DNA of 58,116 nucleotides. Origin: an uncultured Candidatus Saccharibacteria bacterium. GTDB lineage: Bacteria > Patescibacteriota > Minisyncoccia > Phycocordibacterales > UBA5272. The stretch lies in the NCBI GenBank assembly GCA_964544935.1, contig CAZJDZ010000006.1, forward strand, positions 1 to 58,116, given 5' to 3'. Below the pieces are notes generated by a model. The model worked only from the letters and a program-made list of their open reading frames with translations, was not told the origin of the DNA and ran no database searches. Positions 1 to 9,035 of this stretch are shown here, piece after piece. Each line of letters starts with the position of its first letter. Within the stretch, counting starts at the first letter, position 1. Made by a program: the position numbers and the translations under genes.

Positions 1-1088
1 CTATCGGAATCGTTGGTCTTCCAAACGTTGGTAAGTCAACACTTTTTAACGCTATTACTAAGAAATCTGTTCCAGCAGATAACTATCCTTTTTGTACTAT
101 CGACCCATCGGTTGGTATTGTTCCTGTTCCAGACGAAAGACTTGAGAAGCTCTCAAAAATTTCTGGATCAAAGAAAATCATTCCAGCAATTGTAGAGTTC
201 GTAGACATCGCAGGGCTTGTAAAAGGTGCGAGTGAAGGACAAGGACTTGGTAACCAGTTCCTATCTCATATTCGTGAGACAGATGCTATCGCAGAAGTTG
301 TGCGTATCTATGAGAATGGTGACCTCATCCACGTGGAAGGGACAGTTGACCCACTGCGTGATATCGAGATCATCAATATGGAGCTTATCCTAGCTGACAT
401 GCAAACCGTCGAGAAGCGTACTCAGACTATTGGACGCGATGTGAAGCGTGGTGACAAGGACGCTATCAAGCTGCAAGGGATTCTTGAAAGACTCAAAGTT
501 CATTTTGAAGAAGAGAAGCTCGCTAATAGACTTTCTCTTGATGAAGATGAGAAGAAGCTCGTGAAAGAACTTCATCTTATTACTATGAAGCCATTCCTGT
601 ATGTACTCAACAAGCAGTCGGGTGGAAAGAACTTGGACGAGATGAATGACGACCGCTTCACTAAACTTACTCAGTACTTTAAGGATAATAAATTCCATTA
701 TGTGGTAGTGGATGCGAAGATTGAAGATGAGCTCAAGGAGTTTGAAGGTGAAGAAAAAGAAATGATGCGTAGTGAACTCGGTGCACATGATAACGGAGTG
801 GACGGACTCATCAAAGCCGGATATGACCTCCTTGGGCTTGAAACATATCTCACAACAGGTGAGATGGAGACGCGCGCTTGGACAGTGAAAAAAGGTTCTA
901 CTGGACCAGTTGCTGCAGCTGCTATTCACTCTGATTTTGAGGCGAAGTACATTCGCGCGGAAGTTGTGGCGTGTGAAGACTTGGTTGCATGTGGAAGTTT
1001 TGCAGAAGCAAAAGCACAAGGTAAGCTCCGAACAGAAGGGAAGGAATATATAGTGAAGGATGGGGACGTCATAGAATTTAAAATTTGA
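1..1088 (+). CDS. ychF: Ribosome-binding ATPase YchF (5' end outside the window; reading frame starts at nt 3)
   Basis: Translation from nt 3 gives [17 protein letters not shown] (P-loop). It runs without a stop into the 300..1088 ORF, which ends in the TGS-like C-terminus ...[15 protein letters not shown]. Confidence 0.9.
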   Translation, partial: IGIVGLPNVGKSTLFNAITKKSVPADNYPFCTIDPSVGIVPVPDERLEKLSKISGSKKIIPAIVEFVDIAGLVKGASEGQGLGNQFLSHIRETDAIAEVVRIYENGDLIHVEGTVDPLRDIEIINMELILADMQTVEKRTQTIGRDVKRGDKDAIKLQGILERLKVHFEEEKLANRLSLDEDEKKLVKELHLITMKPFLYVLNKQSGGKNLDEMNDDRFTKLTQYFKDNKFHYVVVDAKIEDELKEFEGEEKEMMRSELGAHDNGVDGLIKAGYDLLGLETYLTTGEMETRAWTVKKGSTGPVAAAAIHSDFEAKYIRAEVVACEDLVACGSFAEAKAQGKLRTEGKEYIVKDGDVIEFKI

Positions 1089-1336
1089 TTACAAATTTTA
1101 AATTCTCGCGGACTGACGCGGACTCTACGCAGACTATCGCGGAAGGAATGCAGATACTCTAATTCGTTGCATATTCTCTCTCGTGCATTTGACGAGATAA
1201 AGGAGTAGATGAATGCAGTCTTTTGGTATAAGGATTTTTGGGGAAAAGGCTTTGCTTCGCGTGGCCTTTTTTATTCCCATCTTTCTTAATTGAAATAAAA
1301 TCAGTGCTACTATAGTACTATAAAGTAATCCTCATT

Positions 1337-1909
1337 ATGAATACTATTTTGCCAACATCTACAGATGAGGAGATTGTACGTTTGATAACATCAGGGGATA
1401 AAGATCTTTTTGGAGAGCTTATTGATAGATATGAAGATAAACTCACTCGATATGTGAAGCGTTTTATCCAACAACCTGATGATGTATCAGATATTATCCA
1501 AATTGTTTTTATAAAAGCATATACAAATTTACAGAGTTTCGACGTAGAGCGATCTTTTAATAGTTGGATATATCGTATTGCTCATAATGAAAGCGTTACC
1601 TATCTTAAGAAAAAGAGTAATGAAAAAGTTTCTTTTATTGATTTTGATACATTCTTACCTCATCCATTTACAAAAGAAGGAGCAGATGACAGAACTTTGA
1701 AGCGTGAAATGAAGGAGCTTCTCGAGACCTCACTCTCTGATATTTCCCCCAAATACCGTGAAGTGCTCGTACTGTATTATTACGACGAGCTATCATACCA
1801 AGAAATTGCAGACGTGCTCCAGATTCCAATAGCAACAGTCGGTGTCCGTATCAAGCGCGGCAAAGAATCACTTGAAAAAATGTTAACTAAGAACCACTAC
1901 CAATCATGA
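1337..1909 (+). CDS. ECF-type RNA polymerase sigma-70 family factor
   Basis: 190 aa. Region 2 (FIKAYTNLQSFD...SWIYRIAHNESV) and a region 4 helix-turn-helix (LSYQEIADVLQIPIATVGVRIKRGKESL) are both recognisable. Confidence 0.85.
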   Translation: MNTILPTSTDEEIVRLITSGDKDLFGELIDRYEDKLTRYVKRFIQQPDDVSDIIQIVFIKAYTNLQSFDVERSFNSWIYRIAHNESVTYLKKKSNEKVSFIDFDTFLPHPFTKEGADDRTLKREMKELLETSLSDISPKYREVLVLYYYDELSYQEIADVLQIPIATVGVRIKRGKESLEKMLTKNHYQS

Positions 1910-2679
1910 CAAATCTTAAAACAAAAATTCTCGAAAGTGTGCAGAAAAATAACCTGAAAATGATTCCAAAGTGGAAGTTTTTGCTGTATTCATCACTTGG
2001 TATCATCGGATTAGGGTTTATCTTCATGCTCATGGTATTTGTTTTTAGTTTGATACTGTTCCTTCTTTCTCGATACGGCTTCATGTACCTCCCATTGTTT
2101 AATTTTATGGCAAGTATTCATGCTCTCGCTGCTATCCCGCTTGTACTACTCTTCTGCACTATCGCACTTCTCGTATTGATTGAAATTATTTCAAGGTACT
2201 ATTCGTTTTCTTTTAGACGACCGCTTGCAGTGACACTTCTTTTCAGTACTAGTTGTGCGACAATTATTAGTTTTATTATTAGTGAAACACCGATGCATGA
2301 ATATATACGAGATTATGTAGAAGAGCATGATATTAGTGTGGTGTCACGTATCTATGAGAGACCGATGCCATTTAAAGGTAATGGTATGCAAGATGTATTG
2401 CGAGGAGAAGTTATTGAAGTATATGCAACAGGAACTAAATTACGCCTTTTTAATGGGATGCTTGTTACAGTCTATGCATCAACAACATTAGAAAGAAAAT
2501 TAAATATGCCTGAAGTTGGTGATGATATTATTGTGTTTGGTAAAGTGTACAACGGTACATTTGAACTTGTCGGCATTAGACCTGCTCCACGAACACCATT
2601 TGGTGGTCCAATGCATCCGCGGGAGCGAAATGATCCAAGTCATCAAGATCTGTGGCAAAGGGAACCAATAATGAAATAA
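1906..2679 (+). CDS. Multi-pass membrane protein, putative cognate anti-sigma factor
   Basis: Its start overlaps the sigma-factor stop (ATGA), suggesting translational coupling. It has several hydrophobic helices and a soluble C-terminal domain. No family motif recognised. Confidence 0.5.
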   Translation: MTNLKTKILESVQKNNLKMIPKWKFLLYSSLGIIGLGFIFMLMVFVFSLILFLLSRYGFMYLPLFNFMASIHALAAIPLVLLFCTIALLVLIEIISRYYSFSFRRPLAVTLLFSTSCATIISFIISETPMHEYIRDYVEEHDISVVSRIYERPMPFKGNGMQDVLRGEVIEVYATGTKLRLFNGMLVTVYASTTLERKLNMPEVGDDIIVFGKVYNGTFELVGIRPAPRTPFGGPMHPRERNDPSHQDLWQREPIMK

Positions 2680-2769
2680 AAAGATATGCGCATGTGTAGT
2701 AATAAGTGCAGGAGCACGAAGAGTTCCTGTATACATAACTAAAAACACGGACAATATCTATCTTTCAAC

Positions 2770-2805
2770 AAAAAGAGCACTTGCATGAGGTGCTCTTTTT
2801 GTTTT
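2770..2805 (+). terminator. Rho-independent terminator
   Basis: Arm aaaaagagcac, loop ttgcatgag, arm gtgctcttttt, followed by a T-rich tail. Confidence 0.6.
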
Positions 2806-2873
2806 GCAAAACCAGTACAAACCATGTAGAGTGTTGACTAGATTCGCGTAGGTCGCGGAAGAGGGGTTTTGCC

Positions 2874-3185
2874 ATGTCCAAGCGTACTCGTTGGTTTGCG
2901 GTAGAAGTTGTTGTCGCTCTTCGAAACCAGGAACGTGTTCAGTATGCACAAGACGACATCAAGACAGAAACTAGGCCAGGTGTAAGAGATCATAGTTTTC
3001 TTGTTTTGCTTGAAGCAGATGAAGGTTGTCAAGAAGAAGATCTTCAGGCTTTGATACAGTTCAAGATTGCAAGGATGTTTTGTTATCAACCTCGATTGGA
3101 AGATGAGAAGCCGAGAACTTTTGAAATCAAGAAAGTGACGTTTAAAAAAGTTGATGCAGTATTTCGTGCGGTATCTGAACTCTGA
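2874..3185 (+). CDS. Hypothetical protein (103 aa)
   Basis: Isolated ORF bracketed by two terminator hairpins. No recognisable motif. Confidence 0.45.
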   Translation: MSKRTRWFAVEVVVALRNQERVQYAQDDIKTETRPGVRDHSFLVLLEADEGCQEEDLQALIQFKIARMFCYQPRLEDEKPRTFEIKKVTFKKVDAVFRAVSEL

Positions 3186-3200
3186 ATCCTTTCCTCAGAT

Positions 3201-3235
3201 AAAAAAGCCAGACCATGTCTGGCTTTTTGTTTTTT
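3201..3235 (+). terminator. Rho-independent terminator
   Basis: Stem gccagac / gtctggc with a 3-nt loop, flanked by an A-run and a long T-run. Confidence 0.75.
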
Positions 3236-3246
3236 CCCTTTAAAAT

Positions 3247-5196
3247 TTGTATACTATTCATATGTCTACACAAAATCTCACTGTCAATCAGATTCGAGCA
3301 AAATTCCTTGCATACATGGCTTCCAAAGGTCATGCAGTTATTCCATCTGCTTCACTTGTACCAGAAAATGACCCTACAACACTTTTCACAGGTTCTGGCA
3401 TGCAGCCGATGGTTCCATACCTTCTCGGTCAACCTCATCCACTTGGGAAGCGTATCACTGACTCACAGAAGTCATTTCGTTCACAAGATATCGAAGAAGT
3501 AGGCGATAATCGCCATACAACATTTTTCGAGATGCTCGGTAACTGGTCATTTGGTGATTACTTCAAAGAAGAAGAAATTAGATGGATGTTTTATTTTCTT
3601 ATTGAAGAACTCAAGCTTGATCCAAAGAACTTCTATGTAACCTGTTTTGCTGGTAATGAATCACTCGGTGTTCCACGAGATACATTTTCTGCGGAGTTAT
3701 GGCAAAGACTGTTTAGAGAAAAAGATGTTGATGCACTTATTAATGAAACTCCAGAAGAGGGAATGAAAGCCGACGAAAGAATCTTTTATTATAATGAAAA
3801 GAAGAATTGGTGGTCACGAAGTGGAGTGCCAGCTAATATGCCAGAAGGTGAGCCAGGCGGACCAGACTCTGAAATGTTTTATGATTTTGATCCGTATCTT
3901 TCTAAAAGAATACATGCGAATTCAAAGTGGGCAAGCGAGCCATGTCATGTGAACTGTGACTGTGGACGTTTTCTCGAGATTGGGAACAACGTGTTCATGC
4001 AGTACAAGAAGACAGCACATGGTTTCGAAGAACTTCCTCAGATGAATGTAGACCATGGTTCTGGTCTTGAGCGGTATGCTGCCGCGCTTCGTAATGATCC
4101 AGATATGTTCAACATCGATGTGTTTGATGTTCCAAAAGAAGTTATTAAGCGTCTTTCTGGAAAAGAATATGGAGCAGATGAGCAGACTGTGTATGCATAC
4201 CGCGTGATTCTCGATCATATTCGTTCAGCAACATTTTTGATTGGGGATGATGTGTTGCCAGGGAACAAAGACCAGATGTACTTTGTTCGTCGCCTCATCC
4301 GTCGTGCTGTACGCTTTGCTCGTAACTTGGGTGTTGAGACTAACTTCACCAAGGAGATTGGTGCTGCGTTTATTGCTGTGTACAAAGATGAATACAAGAA
4401 TCTTCTCGAAAAAGAAGTAACTATTCTTACAGAGCTTGATAAAGAGGAGAGTAAGTTCAGAAAGACACTTGAGAATGGAATGAGAGAGTTTGAGAAGATT
4501 GCTACAAGTCATATTTCAGGCGTGAATGCATTTAATCTTCTTCAGTCATTTGGTTTTCCAATTGAACTCACAGAAGAGCTTGCACATGAACGTGGAATTG
4601 AAGTTGATAGAGAAGCATTTGAAAAAGAAAAACAAGCACACGCTGACCAGTCACGCACAGCAGCAGAAGGAAAGTTCAAAGGAGGTCTAGGAGGAGATGG
4701 AGAAATGGAAGTGAAGTATCACACAGCGACCCACATGCTTCATCAGGCGCTACGTGAGGTACTTGGTGAGTCAGTAGCACAGAAAGGTTCTAACATCACT
4801 CCTGAGAGACTTCGTTTCGACTTCTCATTTGATCGTAAGATGACCGATGAAGAAAAGAAACAAGTAGAAGATATCATCAATGCTCGTATCAAGGATGCTC
4901 TTCCTGTTATTCGCGAAGAAGTTTCTATGGAAGAAGCGCGCGCTCGGGGAGCTATCGGACTTTTTGGTGATAAGTATGGAGATATGGTAAGTATCTATCG
5001 TATAGGTGAAGGAAAGAATAGAGGAGATGAAGATCTTTTTTCAATGGAGTTCTGTGGAGGTCCTCATGTAGAAAATACTCGTGATCTCTCTATCGCAAAA
5101 GGTCCAAATGGTCTTCCAATCGAAGATGTCTTCAGAATTGTAAAAGAAGAAGCAGTGAGTGCGGGGGTTAGACGAATTAAGGCGGTGTTGCAATAG
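3247..5196 (+). CDS. alaS: Alanine--tRNA ligase, short form lacking the C-Ala domain (true start may be the ATG at 3262)
   Basis: N-terminus FLAYMASKGHAVIPSASLVPENDPTTLFTGSGMQP. Editing-domain HxxxH (HTATHMLHQALREVLG) and CGGPHV motifs are present. The protein ends after the editing domain at 649 aa. Confidence 0.93.
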   Translation: MYTIHMSTQNLTVNQIRAKFLAYMASKGHAVIPSASLVPENDPTTLFTGSGMQPMVPYLLGQPHPLGKRITDSQKSFRSQDIEEVGDNRHTTFFEMLGNWSFGDYFKEEEIRWMFYFLIEELKLDPKNFYVTCFAGNESLGVPRDTFSAELWQRLFREKDVDALINETPEEGMKADERIFYYNEKKNWWSRSGVPANMPEGEPGGPDSEMFYDFDPYLSKRIHANSKWASEPCHVNCDCGRFLEIGNNVFMQYKKTAHGFEELPQMNVDHGSGLERYAAALRNDPDMFNIDVFDVPKEVIKRLSGKEYGADEQTVYAYRVILDHIRSATFLIGDDVLPGNKDQMYFVRRLIRRAVRFARNLGVETNFTKEIGAAFIAVYKDEYKNLLEKEVTILTELDKEESKFRKTLENGMREFEKIATSHISGVNAFNLLQSFGFPIELTEELAHERGIEVDREAFEKEKQAHADQSRTAAEGKFKGGLGGDGEMEVKYHTATHMLHQALREVLGESVAQKGSNITPERLRFDFSFDRKMTDEEKKQVEDIINARIKDALPVIREEVSMEEARARGAIGLFGDKYGDMVSIYRIGEGKNRGDEDLFSMEFCGGPHVENTRDLSIAKGPNGLPIEDVFRIVKEEAVSAGVRRIKAVLQ

Positions 5197-5246
5197 AGGC
5201 AGGTGGTAGGTATCAGGTGTTAGATTTTAAAAAATAGAAATATACG

Positions 5247-5687
5247 ATGAAGCAATTAATTCTTGTACGATACGGTCAGTATGAAAATGGCCATCTTACC
5301 GAAGAAGGTGTCTCTTCTATGTCTAGAGCTACAGAGAGACTCAGGTCTTATATCTTGGGCAAGAAAGTGTACCTTTTGGCTGCAGCTGTTCCAAGAGCTA
5401 TGGAAAGTTGTGAGGTTATCGGCGATAGATTTGATTTGAAAGTAAAAGCTTTTCCTGCACTGTATGCAGCCGAAGAAGAAGGTATTTTTGCTGATTGTGA
5501 AAATGTAAACAAGCTCCTTCTTTCTATTTCAGATACATGTGATGTGGTTGTTGCTGTTACATCTAGGGAGTATATTGAAACGCTGCCCTCGTACATAGTA
5601 AAAAAAGAAATAAAGACAGAACTTGGAAGAGGTGAATGTCTAGTTATTGATTATGAGACGAAAGAAATTACGTATTTGAAGGATTAA
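5247..5687 (+). CDS. Histidine-phosphatase-fold-like protein with substituted catalytic residues (tentative)
   Basis: N-terminus LILVRYGQYENGHLTEEG resembles the RHG motif with His replaced by Tyr. The later VAVTSREY sits where the second catalytic His is expected. Confidence 0.4.
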   Translation: MKQLILVRYGQYENGHLTEEGVSSMSRATERLRSYILGKKVYLLAAAVPRAMESCEVIGDRFDLKVKAFPALYAAEEEGIFADCENVNKLLLSISDTCDVVVAVTSREYIETLPSYIVKKEIKTELGRGECLVIDYETKEITYLKD

Positions 5688-5712
5688 AGTTTAAAGGAGA
5701 ATAGTAAACACA

Positions 5713-5740
5713 AGCGGCGCCGTAGGCGCCGCTCTTTTCT
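5713..5740 (+). terminator. Rho-independent terminator
   Basis: GC-rich stem agcggcgcc / ggcgccgct with loop gta, followed by cttttct. Confidence 0.7.
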
Positions 5741-5838
5741 TATCGTCTTAATGTCTTATCATCGGGCCCCTGTCTTGTCTCCTGTCTTTCCGTTCTCCAC
5801 TATTAACTATCAATTATTAGCTATATACTATTAATAGT

Positions 5839-6231
5839 ATGGAACAAACTAATCCATTTCTTTCTGTTGCAGTAGGTGATACATCAACACTCATTAACTA
5901 TATTGTTGATGGGCATATTCTTGTTTCGCATGTACATCCGATAGGGTATAAACATATCGAAGCTGAAGGAATGAATATAATTGCCGGATCAAAATTTATG
6001 GACGGTATTTTGTATACACTCGAGTTCATTTCTCTTTCAGATAGAATACCAACAGAATTCAGATTAATCGCACCACGATACTCTACGTGGATAGGCGAGA
6101 CGATCGAACGCTCATCTTATACACAGTTCTATACAAATGATATTCCGGTAAGTGTTACACTAGAAGGTATAAAGGACGTTCCTCTTTCATATGCAAGACA
6201 TTCGCAAACCATACACTCGTTCAAGGTCTAG
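5839..6231 (+). CDS. Hypothetical protein, weak actin-fold (FtsA/PilM-like) resemblance
   Basis: The 130-aa ORF contains LSVAVGDTSTLINYIVDGHILVSHVHPIGYKHIE. This is reminiscent of the IDIGGGTTDIAV...IPIGG phosphate-2 region of FtsA-type ATPases. Confidence 0.35.
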   Translation: MEQTNPFLSVAVGDTSTLINYIVDGHILVSHVHPIGYKHIEAEGMNIIAGSKFMDGILYTLEFISLSDRIPTEFRLIAPRYSTWIGETIERSSYTQFYTNDIPVSVTLEGIKDVPLSYARHSQTIHSFKV

Positions 6232-7594
6232 TAATGATCTACAGTCACGTGTAGAGCAATTTGAAGCTGCGCGGTACAGAAGAGATGACTATGATGAAGA
6301 CCCTGTACAAATTCCAGTAAAAAGAAAGCGTAGAGACATTACAGAGATGGATATGTACCCCACTCGAAGAGGCGGAAGAGAAGAGGACTTGTATGACGAC
6401 GAAGAAGAAATTGATGAAAGAAGACCTGTTCAAAGAGATACTCGATCACGCTATCCAAAGAAACGAACATCTCTCAGTACAGTTGGATTTATTTTTGTTG
6501 TCATTGCTCTTGTTATTGGTGTGAGTCTTTATACATATGTTTTTGATAGTGCAACAATCACTATTGTTCCTAAGTACAAAGATATTACCGATGTCAAGCA
6601 AGCATTTCTTTTTTCAAAAGAGGGAACAACCGGTACTGGTATCCCATTTGCTGTAGCTTCGACATCTCTTTCAAGAACAAAGACGCTTACTCTCTCAGAA
6701 TCAAGAAAAGTAGAAGCAAAAGCATCTGGTAAAATAACCGTATACAATAATTACGATAGCGCACCTCAGAAACTGATTAAAAATACCCGTTTTGAATCTT
6801 CAAAGGGTAAGATTTATCGTATTAACCAGTCAATTGAAATCCCAGGGAAGAAAGGAACCGTTCCAGGAACTATTGATGTAATGATATATGCTGACAGTAA
6901 TGGAGCAGATTACAATATTGAATCAAGTAATTTCACCATCCCAGGGTTTAAAGGAACGTCACGTGAAAGTGGCTTCTATGCAAAAACAAAAACTCCTATT
7001 GCTGGCGGTGCTTCTGGGAACATGTCACTCGCATCACTTTCTGATTTAAATGCAGCAAAGGACTCCCTCGCTCTTGAGCTCGACAAAGCTATTCTAGAAG
7101 AATCAAAAAAAATAAAGAAGGAAGGGTATATTCCTATGTATTCCACAACAGAAGTTACCTATGAGGATAATGAAAGCGAAATTACAAGTGGAGCAACTGG
7201 TGTCTATAAAGTAACCGCAACTGCACATATCATGTTTGCAAATGAAGCAAAGCTTGCAGAAGCACTTGCAAAGACATTTGGTGATTATGATAATGCTCCT
7301 GTGCGTCTTGCGTATGCAGACACACTTACCTATACCAGAAAAGAAAATGAACATATTAACAGCGGGGATTCACTTTCTATTTTTATTGAAGGGAAGCCTC
7401 GGGTTGTATGGGAGAGTAATGTTGAAAGTATCAAAGAACTTGTAAAAGGAAATGGTCGTGATGAGTTTAAACCTCTCATGAAGACAATTGATTCTATAGA
7501 AAGTGCTGAAATAAGCTTCTCTCCTATATGGTTATCACACTTCCCGTCAGATGTTTCTAAGCTTACGGTAATTGAATCACTCCCAAAACGTTGA
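6191..7594 (+). CDS. Single-pass membrane protein with a charged N-terminal tail and a large extracytoplasmic domain
   Basis: 467 aa. An Arg/Asp/Glu-rich N-terminus is followed by one TM helix (VGFIFVVIALVIGVSLYTYVF) and a long beta-rich domain. It overlaps the upstream ORF by 41 nt. Confidence 0.6.
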   Translation: MQDIRKPYTRSRSSNDLQSRVEQFEAARYRRDDYDEDPVQIPVKRKRRDITEMDMYPTRRGGREEDLYDDEEEIDERRPVQRDTRSRYPKKRTSLSTVGFIFVVIALVIGVSLYTYVFDSATITIVPKYKDITDVKQAFLFSKEGTTGTGIPFAVASTSLSRTKTLTLSESRKVEAKASGKITVYNNYDSAPQKLIKNTRFESSKGKIYRINQSIEIPGKKGTVPGTIDVMIYADSNGADYNIESSNFTIPGFKGTSRESGFYAKTKTPIAGGASGNMSLASLSDLNAAKDSLALELDKAILEESKKIKKEGYIPMYSTTEVTYEDNESEITSGATGVYKVTATAHIMFANEAKLAEALAKTFGDYDNAPVRLAYADTLTYTRKENEHINSGDSLSIFIEGKPRVVWESNVESIKELVKGNGRDEFKPLMKTIDSIESAEISFSPIWLSHFPSDVSKLTVIESLPKR

Positions 7595-7633
7595 TTATAA
7601 AGGAATAGTTTGATACACTGCATACTCTTACCT

Positions 7634-7852
7634 ATGGACGAAAAAGAAACAGATATTGAAACAATAGAAGGGCGCATTATTGAAGCGCTCCCAAGTACAC
7701 TTTTCCGTGTTGAAACAAGTGTTGGCAAGGTACTTATTTCATATCTTGGTGGACGTATGCGCGTTCATAAAATTAAAGTACTCGTAGGCGATAAGGTATT
7801 GGTTCAAGTTGATCCATACGGAGGTAAAGGAAGAATCATTAAACGTCTCTAG
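7634..7852 (+). CDS. infA: Translation initiation factor IF-1
   Basis: S1-like sequence IEGRIIEALPSTLFRVETSVGKVLISYLGGRMRVHKIKVLVGDKVLVQVDPYGGKGRIIKRL. The ATG at 7634 is preferred over the upstream start of the listed ORF. Confidence 0.9.
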   Translation: MDEKETDIETIEGRIIEALPSTLFRVETSVGKVLISYLGGRMRVHKIKVLVGDKVLVQVDPYGGKGRIIKRL

Positions 7853-8029
7853 GATAGTTGCTAGAGGTTAAGGACTAGGGGGTAGAACAATAAAACAATA
7901 CCGAAATCAATCCACAAGATAGGAGTTCAGTGTTGGAGTATACCTCTAGTCCCAAGTCCCTAACTACTAATAACTGCCCAATAGTTGCATTATTTATCAA
8001 GTTATAGTATAATTTAACCCACATTTCTC

Positions 8030-8143
8030 ATGAAAGTAAGATCATCAGTCAAGACTATTTGTTCTAAATGCCAAATGCTTAAACGCGGTGGTGTTCTTCG
8101 TGTAATTTGTGAGAATCCTAAGCACAAGCAAGCTCAAGGCTAA
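8030..8143 (+). CDS. rpmJ: 50S ribosomal protein L36 (37 aa; below the ORF-track cutoff)
   Basis: Manual translation gives [37 protein letters not shown]. It sits in the canonical position between infA and rpsM. Confidence 0.9.
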   Translation: MKVRSSVKTICSKCQMLKRGGVLRVICENPKHKQAQG

Positions 8144-8192
8144 TTGAATTTACTAGTCCTTAGTCCTTAACTATTAATAATCTCTACCAACT

Positions 8193-8573
8193 ATGCGTAT
8201 CTCAGGTATCACCCTCCCAGAAAATAAAAGACTCGAAATTGCTTTGACTGCAGTATACGGAGTTGGACGTCCACGTGCCAAGATAATAATTGAAAAACTC
8301 GGTCTTGATCTTGGAATGAGAACAACAGAGCTTACTCCTGAACAAGAAAATCTTATCCGTCGCGAAATTGAGCTTTTCAAAACAGAAGGAGATCTCAAGC
8401 GTGAAGTTCAGCAAAATATCAAGCGTCTTAAAGATATCAAAGCTTACCGCGGAATCCGTCATGTTCGCCACCTTCCTGCACGTGGTCAGCGTACAAAGAC
8501 TAACAGTCGAACAGTACGTGGAAACGTTCGTCGTACTATGGGAAGCGGACGCCGTAAGACAGAGAAGACCTAA
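8193..8573 (+). CDS. rpsM: 30S ribosomal protein S13
   Basis: MRISGITLPENKRLEIALTAVYGVGRPRAKIII...YRGIRHVRHLPARGQRTKTNSRT. Confidence 0.95.
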   Translation: MRISGITLPENKRLEIALTAVYGVGRPRAKIIIEKLGLDLGMRTTELTPEQENLIRREIELFKTEGDLKREVQQNIKRLKDIKAYRGIRHVRHLPARGQRTKTNSRTVRGNVRRTMGSGRRKTEKT

Positions 8574-8595
8574 AAAATAAATTAATATTAATACT

Positions 8596-9030
8596 ATGGG
8601 AAAGAAACGTATCGTAAAAAAGAATAGCTCAGGAGTTGACAGTGCTCTTAAGGCGCGCTCACTTGCTAAGGCAATCAAGAAGAAGATTGTTGAAGGAACA
8701 CTCTTTGTTGAGTCTTCTTACAACAACACTCGTCTTTCACTCGCAGACCGCGGTGGAAACGTGATTGCTTGGTCTTCATCAGGAGCACTCGGATTCAAGG
8801 GGGCAAAGAAAGGAACACCTTTTGCTGCTTCAAAGATCGGAGAGCTTATTGGGGAAAAAGCACAGCAGTTTGGAATCAAGGAAGTTAACGTTATTGTTAA
8901 AGGAGTTGGTTCAGGACGTGAGTCAGCTATCAGAGGTTTTTCAACCTTTGGTGTAGACATTGTTTCAATTATTGATAAGACGCCGGTTCCACACAATGGT
9001 CCAAAGCCACCTAAGCCTCGTCATATATAA
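8596..9030 (+). CDS. rpsK: 30S ribosomal protein S11
   Basis: SYNNTRLSLADRGGNVIAWSSSGALGFKGAKKGTPFAA...DKTPVPHNGPKPPKPR. Confidence 0.95.
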   Translation: MGKKRIVKKNSSGVDSALKARSLAKAIKKKIVEGTLFVESSYNNTRLSLADRGGNVIAWSSSGALGFKGAKKGTPFAASKIGELIGEKAQQFGIKEVNVIVKGVGSGRESAIRGFSTFGVDIVSIIDKTPVPHNGPKPPKPRHI

Positions 9031-9035
9031 CATCT

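Noticed and set aside
390-1019. 209-aa ORF on the minus strand
   Set aside because: It lies entirely antisense to the well-supported ychF frame. Its low-complexity, Cys/Phe-rich translation is typical of a shadow ORF.
8202-8678. 158-aa minus-strand ORF
   Set aside because: It is antisense to rpsM and the start of rpsK, with no motif. Shadow ORF.
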